From a virus (taxonomy: Duplodnaviria > Caudoviricetes), in the IMG/VR virus record IMGVR_UViG_3300044995_000318, positions 1-55,635 of that record: 55,635 bases of DNA; one strand, given 5' to 3'. The notes beneath the pieces were generated by a model. It was not told where the DNA came from. It did not search any database and saw only the letters and a list, made by a program, of their open reading frames with translations. The position numbers were made by a program, and so were the translations under genes. Below are positions 46,817 through 55,300 of this stretch, one piece after another. Position 1 is the first letter of the stretch. Each line of letters opens with the position of its first letter.

Positions 46817-47592
46817 CGTTTAATAAAATTAACAATTTCCCTGGAGTAAACCCTCCCGACGCAAAAACTTGGCAACAGATTTTAGCGGAAGACCCTATAT
46901 TTAGGGCTAATAATCCTTTGTTGGCTATTCAATATAGTTCGTATCCTTTTCAATACGAAAACGATTTTGTATATAGATCAGGGCGTAAAACTCGAGAAGG
47001 TTTAAAAAATTTTATAAGGAATTCGAAAATTCACGACGCTATTAACCAAGGCCCTATTCCCGGAGCTTTGCTTGTCGGAGCTTTAGCTGCCGCTGCTGGA
47101 GGTTTAGGTGGATCTTTGGCTAATGTCGGTCTTAATGCGTATAGTAAAGTTACCGGAGATCGTAAAAAACGTATAGACGCTGTTAGAATGGCTTTAATGT
47201 TGGGTTTACTTGGAGCTGGCGTTGGTGCTTATAGTGGTTGGATGAATCAATCCATGAACGAGTCCATGAGTAAATCTTCCGGTTTTCGAAATTCTGATAA
47301 TTGGCGAGATAACGATCCTTATCAGATTATTATGGAAGCGTTACGGGATTCAAAAACGCTTTCTTTTAACGAGCAAGCTCAATTAATGAGGGGCGTTTCT
47401 CAATTGTCGCCAACGCAGGCAGCTGCTTTAGCCCGTCAAATTAAAACAGCAGCAGGCGCAGCAATTGGTGCTCTTGTGGCAAGATTTTTGGCTGGGGCTG
47501 GATTAGGAGGTATGGTTTTGGGTGGATTAATTGGAGGAACTTTGGCTAAATCATTAATGGTCCGAAGAGATTCTTTTGGACGAGCTTATTAA
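46813..47592 (+). CDS. putative virion protein with glycine-zipper hydrophobic helices
   Basis: GALLVGALAAAAGGLGG, GLLGAGVG and GAGLGGMVLGGLIGG. Confidence 0.65.
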   Translation: MTFNKINNFPGVNPPDAKTWQQILAEDPIFRANNPLLAIQYSSYPFQYENDFVYRSGRKTREGLKNFIRNSKIHDAINQGPIPGALLVGALAAAAGGLGGSLANVGLNAYSKVTGDRKKRIDAVRMALMLGLLGAGVGAYSGWMNQSMNESMSKSSGFRNSDNWRDNDPYQIIMEALRDSKTLSFNEQAQLMRGVSQLSPTQAAALARQIKTAAGAAIGALVARFLAGAGLGGMVLGGLIGGTLAKSLMVRRDSFGRAY

Positions 47593-47605
47593 ACATGGAG
47601 ATACT

Positions 47606-48163
47606 ATGGACAATATAAAAATATTAATGGAACGAGTGACCGCTGCCGCTCATGGTTGTTCTGTAAAAGAATACGAAATGATTAAAGGCGCAGCCGAGGA
47701 ATTTGAAACTTCCGGCACTTTCGAACAAGCTCAATGGGGAAGAGCTGTTTCGAAAATTGCCAGTGAAATTTTGAAAGCCGGAGGGTATGAAAATTCTCAA
47801 GCTTTTCTAATTTATGACAAGCTTTCTAAAGCTCCTGAATGGTGCGACGGTTACAATCAATTCGTTGAGCTTGTGGAGGAAGCTTTAGGTAGAGCAGTTA
47901 TTAAATCCGCTGCTTTTAGCCCCGCAATGGCGGCGGTTGCTTCTAAAGCTGCCCTTACTCCCGAAGCTCTTCGTTGGTTAATTGGTTTATCCGCAGCTGG
48001 TGGCGCTGGCTTAGGCAGCTTGGCTTGGCTTATGCGGAGAGACAGCCGAGAAAATGATGAAGAAATCGAAGCTCTTGAGGAAAAAAGAAAATATTACAAT
48101 CAGCTTGCTGCAGACATTAAAAGTAGATTGGATGATAAAGCTGAAGCTATTTTAAATGAGTAG
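47606..48163 (+). CDS. putative virion protein with Gly-rich hydrophobic helix
   Basis: GGAG SD with ATG at 47606; LIGLSAAGGAGLGSLAWL; K-x-A motifs. Confidence 0.65.
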   Translation: MDNIKILMERVTAAAHGCSVKEYEMIKGAAEEFETSGTFEQAQWGRAVSKIASEILKAGGYENSQAFLIYDKLSKAPEWCDGYNQFVELVEEALGRAVIKSAAFSPAMAAVASKAALTPEALRWLIGLSAAGGAGLGSLAWLMRRDSRENDEEIEALEEKRKYYNQLAADIKSRLDDKAEAILNE

Positions 48164-48611
48164 TATGGACGAAAATTTAAACAACATAGAGGATTTTATC
48201 GATCAGCCTGCGGTGATTAATGGGCATGGTGTGCCTTCGCAACGTAAATCAATACCTAAAACTATTGAAGCTAATGCCAGTAAAGAAGAGGCGCAAGATT
48301 TTGTTCCTATTTCAGAGAGTAACTTAGATGATGAATATAGTGATACGCCTTCTATAGTTGATCAGCTTGAGAAAAAGCCAGACTCATGTTTGCCCGGACC
48401 TCCTAGATGTAAAATTTTTAAGCTCAATGGCGATGGCCAAGGCGAAATGGCGTATGATAAATTTATGGCAGATACGGTTCCTTTAGGAGCTCCTAAAATT
48501 GTTATAATTTCCGAACAAGAACAATTTTATGAGGGTTCTTGGATTGTCAAAGTTGTTTACTTTCCTGTACGATATAAAAAATTGGTACCCAGTAAGGAGA
48601 ATAGAAAATGA
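48156..48611 (+). CDS. hypothetical protein
   Basis: Overlaps both neighbours. Confidence 0.7.
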   Translation: MSSMDENLNNIEDFIDQPAVINGHGVPSQRKSIPKTIEANASKEEAQDFVPISESNLDDEYSDTPSIVDQLEKKPDSCLPGPPRCKIFKLNGDGQGEMAYDKFMADTVPLGAPKIVIISEQEQFYEGSWIVKVVYFPVRYKKLVPSKENRK

Positions 48612-49867
48612 ATGAGCGTGACAAACAAATTTTGAAAAAATTTATTTTAGGAGGAGCTTCTATTGGAGCAGGTACGGCTCTTATTACTTCTCTTTTGAAT
48701 TATATGGGTCGTTTAAAAGACCGCACTAAAGAAGACTCTGGCCAAGATGATGAAACTCTTTATATCAATATTCCTACTCAAAAAGAGGCCAGCGTTTTAA
48801 ACACTGGTGCTGCAATGGCGGCAGGTGCTTTAGCCTCTATGGGCAGTTACGCTTTAATAAGACGTTTATACACTGAAATGCTTAAAAGAGAGTTACAGAA
48901 AGAAGTTGATGAAGCGCAGCAGATTCATTTGCAAGCTCTTCAAGAAGAAGCCGAAAGAGAATCTAAAAAGGCGGCGTCCACCAAGCAACCTGAAGGAAAA
49001 CCTCTTGGCGTTTTAGAAACTGTAACTTCAATTCCGGTGGCCAGTGCTTTACTTTTGGCTCTTGCTTCGGGTGTCTTGACCAACCACATGTTGGACAAGA
49101 CTTTTCCTGCTATTGAGAAACCTAAGTTTAAACGCCCTCGTCGCATTGTTCTGCGTGAAGTTCAAGTTAATAAAAAAGATAACGAGAAGGCCGATGCGCT
49201 CGCAGTGACAGAAACCAATCCATACGCAAATACTCCTATAAAGGAACAACAGAAAGTTGCTACTTTTGTTGGTGACGAACTCGATGGCCTAGATTATGTG
49301 GCAAACATCGTCATGAGCCAGCCCGGCTTTGATCGTAAATCGGAATTGCCTGATCTTGTAGGCGCAGTTGCTTCTGGCAGGGCTAATGAATTTTTTAAGG
49401 TGGCTCATGAACTTGGGCATGACGCAGCTTTTTCAGTTATTAAAGGCGCCTCGGATGTGCTTAATGACAACAATCGTGTCATGGCGATTGCTGCTACTTT
49501 ACGTTCTCCTTTAGTTGGCCCGATCGCCCAAACTATGGTGGCTGCAGAAGCTTTTGATATGTTCCCCAACCATTGCAAGATGGCTCGTTATTTTGATGAG
49601 ACGACAGAGAAAGCTTTATTTGCACTTGCTTGTTGGGCTGGGGCTTGTGTGAAATCGTCAGCTGTTAAATCTGTTGGTGCGGTCGAAAAAATTGATCCTG
49701 CTTTATTGGAAGAAATAAAGAAAATTATCGAAACTTCCGATCTGCCCGACAGATTTGAGCAGGAAGATTCTAATAATAAAAAACCAAAAAATGAAGAAGG
49801 TTCAGAAGATTCAGAAGAGCCTGACTATGATGATGTTATTGACATAGTTATGAGCGGTCAAAATTAA
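48608..49867 (+). CDS. putative virion protein with three hydrophobic helices and K-x-A motifs
   Basis: AAGGAG SD; QKEAS, KKAAS, QKVAT and IKGAS; acidic tail. Confidence 0.65.
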   Translation: MNERDKQILKKFILGGASIGAGTALITSLLNYMGRLKDRTKEDSGQDDETLYINIPTQKEASVLNTGAAMAAGALASMGSYALIRRLYTEMLKRELQKEVDEAQQIHLQALQEEAERESKKAASTKQPEGKPLGVLETVTSIPVASALLLALASGVLTNHMLDKTFPAIEKPKFKRPRRIVLREVQVNKKDNEKADALAVTETNPYANTPIKEQQKVATFVGDELDGLDYVANIVMSQPGFDRKSELPDLVGAVASGRANEFFKVAHELGHDAAFSVIKGASDVLNDNNRVMAIAATLRSPLVGPIAQTMVAAEAFDMFPNHCKMARYFDETTEKALFALACWAGACVKSSAVKSVGAVEKIDPALLEEIKKIIETSDLPDRFEQEDSNNKKPKNEEGSEDSEEPDYDDVIDIVMSGQN

Positions 49868-49885
49868 TAAGTTATTTAATTTTGT

Positions 49886-50416
49886 ATGGCTAAAATGTCT
49901 GAATTTCCTATTCATGTGCAGCGTCTTATTATGGAAAAAATGGCGGAAGAAGACGCTGCCGCGAATATTAAAAAACAGGCGCTGAATAAAAATAGAGAAC
50001 ATAAATACAATGTCGCCGCTGTAGAAGATCGCACGAAAAACGGAATTGTTTTTTCGTCAAAGCGGGAAATGAAGTTTTATGAATTGATCCGTTCGATCGT
50101 TCCTTCTGGCGTTGTTATTGATTTGCAGCCAAAGTTTTTATTACAAGAAGCTTGTGTAGCGGATAAGCAAAAATACCGACCGATATATTATATTGGCGAT
50201 TTTCTTCTTAATGGAAAACGAGGGGACGATCCTTCGGCTCCTTTGGGAGAACGTGAGTATGTTATAGATGTTAAAGGTATGGAAACTGATGTGTTTAGGC
50301 TTAAGGAAAAAATGTTTGCTAAACGTTACGGGAGAAAAATACATAAGGTTAAAACTGAGAAGCAATTGGTTGAACTTCTTAAACTTATTTATGGAAATAG
50401 AATTAATAAAAAATGA
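49886..50416 (+). CDS. DUF1064-family PD-(D/E)xK nuclease-like protein
   Basis: GIVFSSKRE, LQPKFLLQ, IYYIGDF and VIDVKGMETDVFRLK. Confidence 0.85.
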   Translation: MAKMSEFPIHVQRLIMEKMAEEDAAANIKKQALNKNREHKYNVAAVEDRTKNGIVFSSKREMKFYELIRSIVPSGVVIDLQPKFLLQEACVADKQKYRPIYYIGDFLLNGKRGDDPSAPLGEREYVIDVKGMETDVFRLKEKMFAKRYGRKIHKVKTEKQLVELLKLIYGNRINKK

Positions 50417-50477
50417 AACTTTCCGAATTGGACGAAAAACCAAGTCGGGGTTGGTTTATTAGAAAAAAGAATAAAAC

Positions 50478-51152
50478 ATGAGATTCAAAAAGTACGCCGA
50501 GCTGACCCGATTAACCGCTTCTCCGGAAGAGTTTATTAATAACAATACTAATAAAACTCTTGGCTGGTCTGATCTATTACACGGGGTTCTTGGTATAGTT
50601 TCTGATACTAAAGAATTAGGGGAAGCAATTGAAATGAAGTCTGGTAAAAATATATCGGAAGAAGCAGGTGATTGCTTTTGGTTTATTGCTTGCTGTTCTT
50701 ATGGTTTAGCCAAATCAATGGGCGGTGCTCATACTTACGATGCCGTCTTTGAGGACATCATAGAAAGTTCTCTTAATTATGTTTTAAAAAATCCAAATAT
50801 TAATAAATATAAGGATGTTAATAGTTTGTTTCGAGATTTGCTTTATGCTGCTGCTGATCTAGCGGATCAAGTCAAAGCTACAATGGCGTACGGAAAAGCC
50901 GAGCATGAGAAAAGATGTTTGGATAGTTTAAAAAAATACACGACTGCTTTAATTGCTTTGTTGGACAAAGTGAGGCAAGGCAGTCAAAAATCTTTACCCG
51001 ATGTAATAAGTGATTTGTTGACTTGGAACTTGGTTAAGCTGCAAAAGCGGTTTGGCGATAAATTTAGTCCTGAAGCTCGAGAAATCATTAATAAAGAAAA
51101 TGAGCTTTCTCATATGTCTGCCATAAGCGACTCGTCTTTGTTGTTCATGTAG
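50478..51152 (+). CDS. MazG-like all-alpha NTP pyrophosphatase
   Basis: LLHGVLGIVSDTKEL...EEAGDCFWF and NLVKLQKRF. Confidence 0.7.
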   Translation: MRFKKYAELTRLTASPEEFINNNTNKTLGWSDLLHGVLGIVSDTKELGEAIEMKSGKNISEEAGDCFWFIACCSYGLAKSMGGAHTYDAVFEDIIESSLNYVLKNPNINKYKDVNSLFRDLLYAAADLADQVKATMAYGKAEHEKRCLDSLKKYTTALIALLDKVRQGSQKSLPDVISDLLTWNLVKLQKRFGDKFSPEAREIINKENELSHMSAISDSSLLFM

Positions 51153-51223
51153 TCAGTTAATTTCGAATTGGTTGATGTTTTACGTTTTTTTAAAAAATAA
51201 ACTTATTAAAATTAATAAATATT

Positions 51224-52060
51224 ATGTCCACTTCTCAAATCGCCCTTAGAAAACAAGATCAGTCATTAACAACTGAAGAAATCAAACAGTTTGCTCCGGC
51301 GGTCTTTACCGACCACCCGCATCCTTGCACAAGTAGTAAGTATTCTTTTATTCCTACAAGTGCTTTGTTGGAACCGTTACGGGATATGCATTATGTTCCT
51401 GTTGAAGTTCGAGTGCGTAGAACTAATAAAGCTGGTTACAAAGGTTTTGAAACCCACGCTTTGCGATTCCGATTGGAAAAAGATGTAGCAGCGCTTCCTT
51501 CTGCTACGGTTCAAGAATTGATTATTTTTAATAGCCATGACTCGACTTCGAGCTTTAAAGTCATGTCAGGGTTTTTCCGAGTTATTTGCTCCAATGGTCT
51601 TGTTGTTCCGACTAATGAAGGTTCGAATGATAACTTTAAACTGCGTCATGTAGATTTGCAGCTTGATGCGGCTATTCAGCTAGTCTGTCAGGCGGCGGAA
51701 AAAAGTAAAAAAGTGTTTGAAGCAGTGGACAGGTTCAAAAGCTTCAACATGACCCCTGTTGAAATTAATAACTTTGCTGCTGAAGCTATTAAACTTCGTT
51801 GGCCTGATAAACCAAATAACGATTTGATTCCTTATGTGATTGAACCAAGACGTGACGAGGATGTAGGCAACAGTTTGTGGAAAGTGTTTAACCGAGTGCA
51901 GGAAAATCTTATTAAAGGTATTCCTGGTGTTATTCGAGAAAACGGGCGTAAGATCCGAGTGCTCCCGATTAAAAGTATTATTAATGATTTGAATCTAAAT
52001 AAAGGTCTTTGGAACCTAGCGGAAACGTTCTTGGCTAATTCTAGCCAATATAGAAACTAA
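51224..52060 (+). CDS. DUF932-family protein
   Basis: SSKYSFIPT, NSHDSTSSFKVMSGFFRVICSNGL and RRDED...LWKVFNRVQENL. Confidence 0.88.
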   Translation: MSTSQIALRKQDQSLTTEEIKQFAPAVFTDHPHPCTSSKYSFIPTSALLEPLRDMHYVPVEVRVRRTNKAGYKGFETHALRFRLEKDVAALPSATVQELIIFNSHDSTSSFKVMSGFFRVICSNGLVVPTNEGSNDNFKLRHVDLQLDAAIQLVCQAAEKSKKVFEAVDRFKSFNMTPVEINNFAAEAIKLRWPDKPNNDLIPYVIEPRRDEDVGNSLWKVFNRVQENLIKGIPGVIRENGRKIRVLPIKSIINDLNLNKGLWNLAETFLANSSQYRN

Positions 52061-52085
52061 TTTGCAAACAACTGAATGACCAAAT

Positions 52086-52120
52086 CCCCGCCCGTATTAA
52101 AATGCGGGCGGGGTATTTTT
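52086..52120 (+). terminator. intrinsic terminator
   Basis: CCCCGCCCGTAT-taaa-ATGCGGGCGGGG followed by TATTTTT. Confidence 0.8.
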
Positions 52121-52155
52121 AACATAATATAGCAAACAATTATTTTTAAAATAAT

Positions 52156-52560
52156 ATGGCAAATAACTATTTAACATCGTCGTCTTTTCTCGAAATTCCT
52201 AAAGATGTGGACAGAAAAAAATTAAAAAGTGTTATTAATAATGTCATAAAAGAGCTTAAAAATAATTCAGATGAAGGTTACTGCGGTTGCAAAGTGGAAG
52301 TTGAGCCCGATGGTATATGGTTCTATGACGAAGAAAGTCTTAATCCAGAGCATGTGGAAATCATTGCTCGTGCCGTTATTAATGAGTTTAAGATAGATAA
52401 GCCTTTCTATTGTTCATGGGCTTATACGTGCGACAAGCCGAGAATGGACGAGTTTGGCGGTGGTGCTTTTGTTATTAAAAGAGGATTTAAAACTTTGTGG
52501 ATCGATGCTCTTGATTATGTTCAGGATCAATGCGAAAAAGGGCTGTTAACGCCGGAATAA
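52156..52560 (+). CDS. hypothetical protein
   Basis: 134 aa; WAYTCDKPRMDEFGGGA motif. Confidence 0.75.
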   Translation: MANNYLTSSSFLEIPKDVDRKKLKSVINNVIKELKNNSDEGYCGCKVEVEPDGIWFYDEESLNPEHVEIIARAVINEFKIDKPFYCSWAYTCDKPRMDEFGGGAFVIKRGFKTLWIDALDYVQDQCEKGLLTPE

Positions 52561-52592
52561 TATTATTAATAAGTGGCGCAATAAACATTCTT

Positions 52593-52607
52593 TTTGTGTT
52601 ATATAAT
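52593..52607 (+). promoter_or_regulatory. putative phage promoter TTTGTGTTATATAAT
   Basis: Core identical to 12081-12093; includes TATAAT. Confidence 0.55.
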
Positions 52608-52713
52608 TTTGATAAGGATGTTAAGGCTAAAACCTTAACATCTTTAATTTGACTTGCTATTACTTGCGTTGAGTAAGGCAGTCATAAACTTAACATTCAA
52701 AAGGAGATATTGT

Positions 52714-52824
52714 ATGGACTTAGAAATGAGTTTGGCTATGGCCGCATTCATTTTAGGAATGGCTAGTGCTATAGTCATCATCATTCATTCAGTTTGTGAA
52801 CTCATATTTAGGAATAAGAAGTAA
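52714..52824 (+). CDS. 36-aa single-pass membrane peptide not in the ORF track
   Basis: AAAGGAG SD 7 nt before the ATG; MDLEMSLAMAAFILGMASAIVIIIHSVCELIFRNKK*. Confidence 0.7.
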   Translation: MDLEMSLAMAAFILGMASAIVIIIHSVCELIFRNKK

Positions 52825-53032
52825 AACTTCTTATTTCTGTAATTAACGTTTGCTTTGGAACCAATATGGTTTAAATGGTTTTCACACCTTCCAAAGCATA
52901 CGTTTTAAAAGCTTATGGTTTATTAAATCATAAGCTTTATTTTTAATTATTAAATCGTTTTTAAACGTCTTTTTGTATTTGCGTTTGTTCCTTTAAATAT
53001 TATCGGCAAAACGATTATAAAAACTAATTTAA

Positions 53033-54034
53033 ATGAGCCCATCTAATATAATAAAAATTATCAAACGTTGTTATGAAAAAAGGCAAGCAGTAATGATTTG
53101 GGGGCCTCCGGGCATCGGGAAGTCTTCTATTGTTTACCAAGCATTTGTGAACGATATGAAGATTGGCCTTCGTGAATTGAGGCTTCTCTATTATGACCCT
53201 GTTGACTTGCGAGGATGTTTTTATGTCGTTGACGGAAAAGCTGCTTGGCTTCCACCTTCTTTTTTACCTACAGAAGGACAAGGGGTTATATTTCTGGATG
53301 AGCTTCCAGCGGCTCCTAGAGCCGTTCAAACTGCAGCGTACCAGCTTGCTCATGATCGGGCAATTGCTGATTACAAATTACCGGATGGCTGGTCGGTAAT
53401 TGCTGCTGGTAATGGAACTTCTGATAAAGCCGTTTCAAACGCAATGCCTTCCCCGCTTGTCAGCCGGTTTCTCCATCTTGATCTTACTGTAAGCTCTGAA
53501 GACTGGTTGAACTGGGCTTTGACTGCGGGAATTCATCCTATAATAATAGCTTTTATTAAAGTAAGGCCCGAGTTGCTGTATGATTTTAACCCTAAAGATT
53601 GGATTCAAAATAGCCCGTATGCGTCACCTCGTACGTGGGAATATCTTTCACGGTTTATGCCTTCGGAAAATGAGCAAAATATTTTGAACATTATTGATAT
53701 TGAAGTTATTCGAGGTTTTATCGGTGATGCCGCAGGCACAGAGTTTTACGCCTTTGTTAAAAACACGCAAGATATCCCTACGGCTGAAGAAATCATTGCA
53801 AATCCGAAAAAGGCAAAAATCCCTGAAACCCCTGCTGGTAAATACGCAGTTGTGGCCGCTTTGGCCAAAAAAGCTACTGTCGAAAACATCGGTAAAATTA
53901 TTAGTTATCTAGAAAGGTTGGATAAAGAGTTTGAAGTCTGTGGATTTAGAGATGCTTGTCGTTTGAACACGGACCTTATTAAAACTGAAGAATATAGTAA
54001 ATGGGCTATTAAGAATATGCATGCCATTTCTTGA
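53033..54034 (+). CDS. MoxR-like AAA+ ATPase
   Basis: WGPPGIGKS, DPVDLRG, IFLDEL, AAGN and SPRTWE motifs. Confidence 0.9.
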   Translation: MSPSNIIKIIKRCYEKRQAVMIWGPPGIGKSSIVYQAFVNDMKIGLRELRLLYYDPVDLRGCFYVVDGKAAWLPPSFLPTEGQGVIFLDELPAAPRAVQTAAYQLAHDRAIADYKLPDGWSVIAAGNGTSDKAVSNAMPSPLVSRFLHLDLTVSSEDWLNWALTAGIHPIIIAFIKVRPELLYDFNPKDWIQNSPYASPRTWEYLSRFMPSENEQNILNIIDIEVIRGFIGDAAGTEFYAFVKNTQDIPTAEEIIANPKKAKIPETPAGKYAVVAALAKKATVENIGKIISYLERLDKEFEVCGFRDACRLNTDLIKTEEYSKWAIKNMHAIS

Positions 54035-54045
54035 TTAAAAACTTC

Positions 54046-54079
54046 GGGCGCTCTTGTAACCGCAAGAGCGCCCTTTTTT
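54046..54079 (+). terminator. intrinsic terminator between the AAA and VWA genes
   Basis: GGGCGCTCTTGT-aacc-GCAAGAGCGCCC-TTTTTT. Confidence 0.75.
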
Positions 54080-54081
54080 AT

Positions 54082-55284
54082 ATGACTGAGCAATCAAAGA
54101 AACAAGAAAACAGGATTAAAAAGCTTCGTTTAAAAATTATTTTGAATGATCCGTTTTTTGGTGCGCTTCTTATGAGGCTACCAATGATCGAAGATCCCAA
54201 TATCCCGACTTTTTGTACAAATGGTAAGTATATTAAATATAACCCTTGCTTTAGTGAGTCGATTTCGGATGAAGAATTGGCAGCTGTTTTAGTGCATGAG
54301 GTTATGCATTGCGCTTTAGGTCATCCTTTTCGCAGGAATAACCGGCATACGTTTTACTGGAACGTCGCTGCTGACTTCGCAATTAATAATTATTTAAAAG
54401 AATATTTTGATTGTAGTTCGGTACGATATAAGTTACCAAAAGGGGCGCTTGTTGATAAAAAATACAAAGGTAAGGCTGCAGAAGAAATATACTCGTTAAT
54501 TACCAAAGACAAATGTTTAAATCCAGAATACGGTTATGCTGCTATAGTCGATAATTCTTCAAATAGTAAATATAAAACTGGAAAAGGAGAAATACCCAAA
54601 CCTGGGGAGTTCACGTTCGAAGGTTGGGTGGAAGATTGTCCAGGAAGCGATAACGAAAGATTAGACGCGGAAGCTGAAATAAAAACGGCTGTATCACTTG
54701 CTTTAAAAGAGGCTGAAAAACAAGGCAAACTGCCAGCTTCTTTAGAGCGAGCCGTGGGTAAACTATTGAGACCGTCAATTCACTGGACAGAAGCTCTTCG
54801 CCAGTTTGTTCATCAAAAATGTCGTATCGACTACAACTGGTTGAAGCCAAACCATAAATATTTACCGTATGGATTTTTATTTCCTTCCATAGATGGCGAA
54901 CAAACCGGTGTAATTGCAGTCGTTATTGATACTTCTGGTTCTATTAATCAAAAGGATTTGACCAAATTTTTGAGCGAGGTCCAAAGTATTGTAGATGACT
55001 GTAATCCTATTAAGATTACGGTTATATACGCTGATTGTAGGGTTCAACATGTCGATGAGTTCACTCCCGGCGATAAAATTACCCCTAAAGCGATAGGCGG
55101 CGGCGGTACCGATTTTAAACCGGCTATTGAATACGCATGTAAAATGGACGAAACACCTGAATGTATTATTTATTTTACTGATGGCGAAGGTTATTATGGA
55201 AACGCCCCAAATATTCCAATACTTTGGGTCATGACAACTGACAAAACAGCTCCGTTCGGAGAAACTATAAAATTTATAGATTAG
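54082..55284 (+). CDS. metallopeptidase plus VWA-like domain protein (DUF2201-type), partner of MoxR
   Basis: ATG at 54082; HEVMH zincin motif, MIDAS DTSGS, GGGGTDF and YFTDG. Confidence 0.88.
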   Translation: MTEQSKKQENRIKKLRLKIILNDPFFGALLMRLPMIEDPNIPTFCTNGKYIKYNPCFSESISDEELAAVLVHEVMHCALGHPFRRNNRHTFYWNVAADFAINNYLKEYFDCSSVRYKLPKGALVDKKYKGKAAEEIYSLITKDKCLNPEYGYAAIVDNSSNSKYKTGKGEIPKPGEFTFEGWVEDCPGSDNERLDAEAEIKTAVSLALKEAEKQGKLPASLERAVGKLLRPSIHWTEALRQFVHQKCRIDYNWLKPNHKYLPYGFLFPSIDGEQTGVIAVVIDTSGSINQKDLTKFLSEVQSIVDDCNPIKITVIYADCRVQHVDEFTPGDKITPKAIGGGGTDFKPAIEYACKMDETPECIIYFTDGEGYYGNAPNIPILWVMTTDKTAPFGETIKFID

Positions 55285-55300
55285 CCTCAAACCTTTTAAT

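Noticed and set aside
50413-50538. 41-codon ORF starting at an ATGA overlap with the DUF1064 gene
   Set aside because: It overlaps the MazG-like gene by about 60 nt and has no other support.
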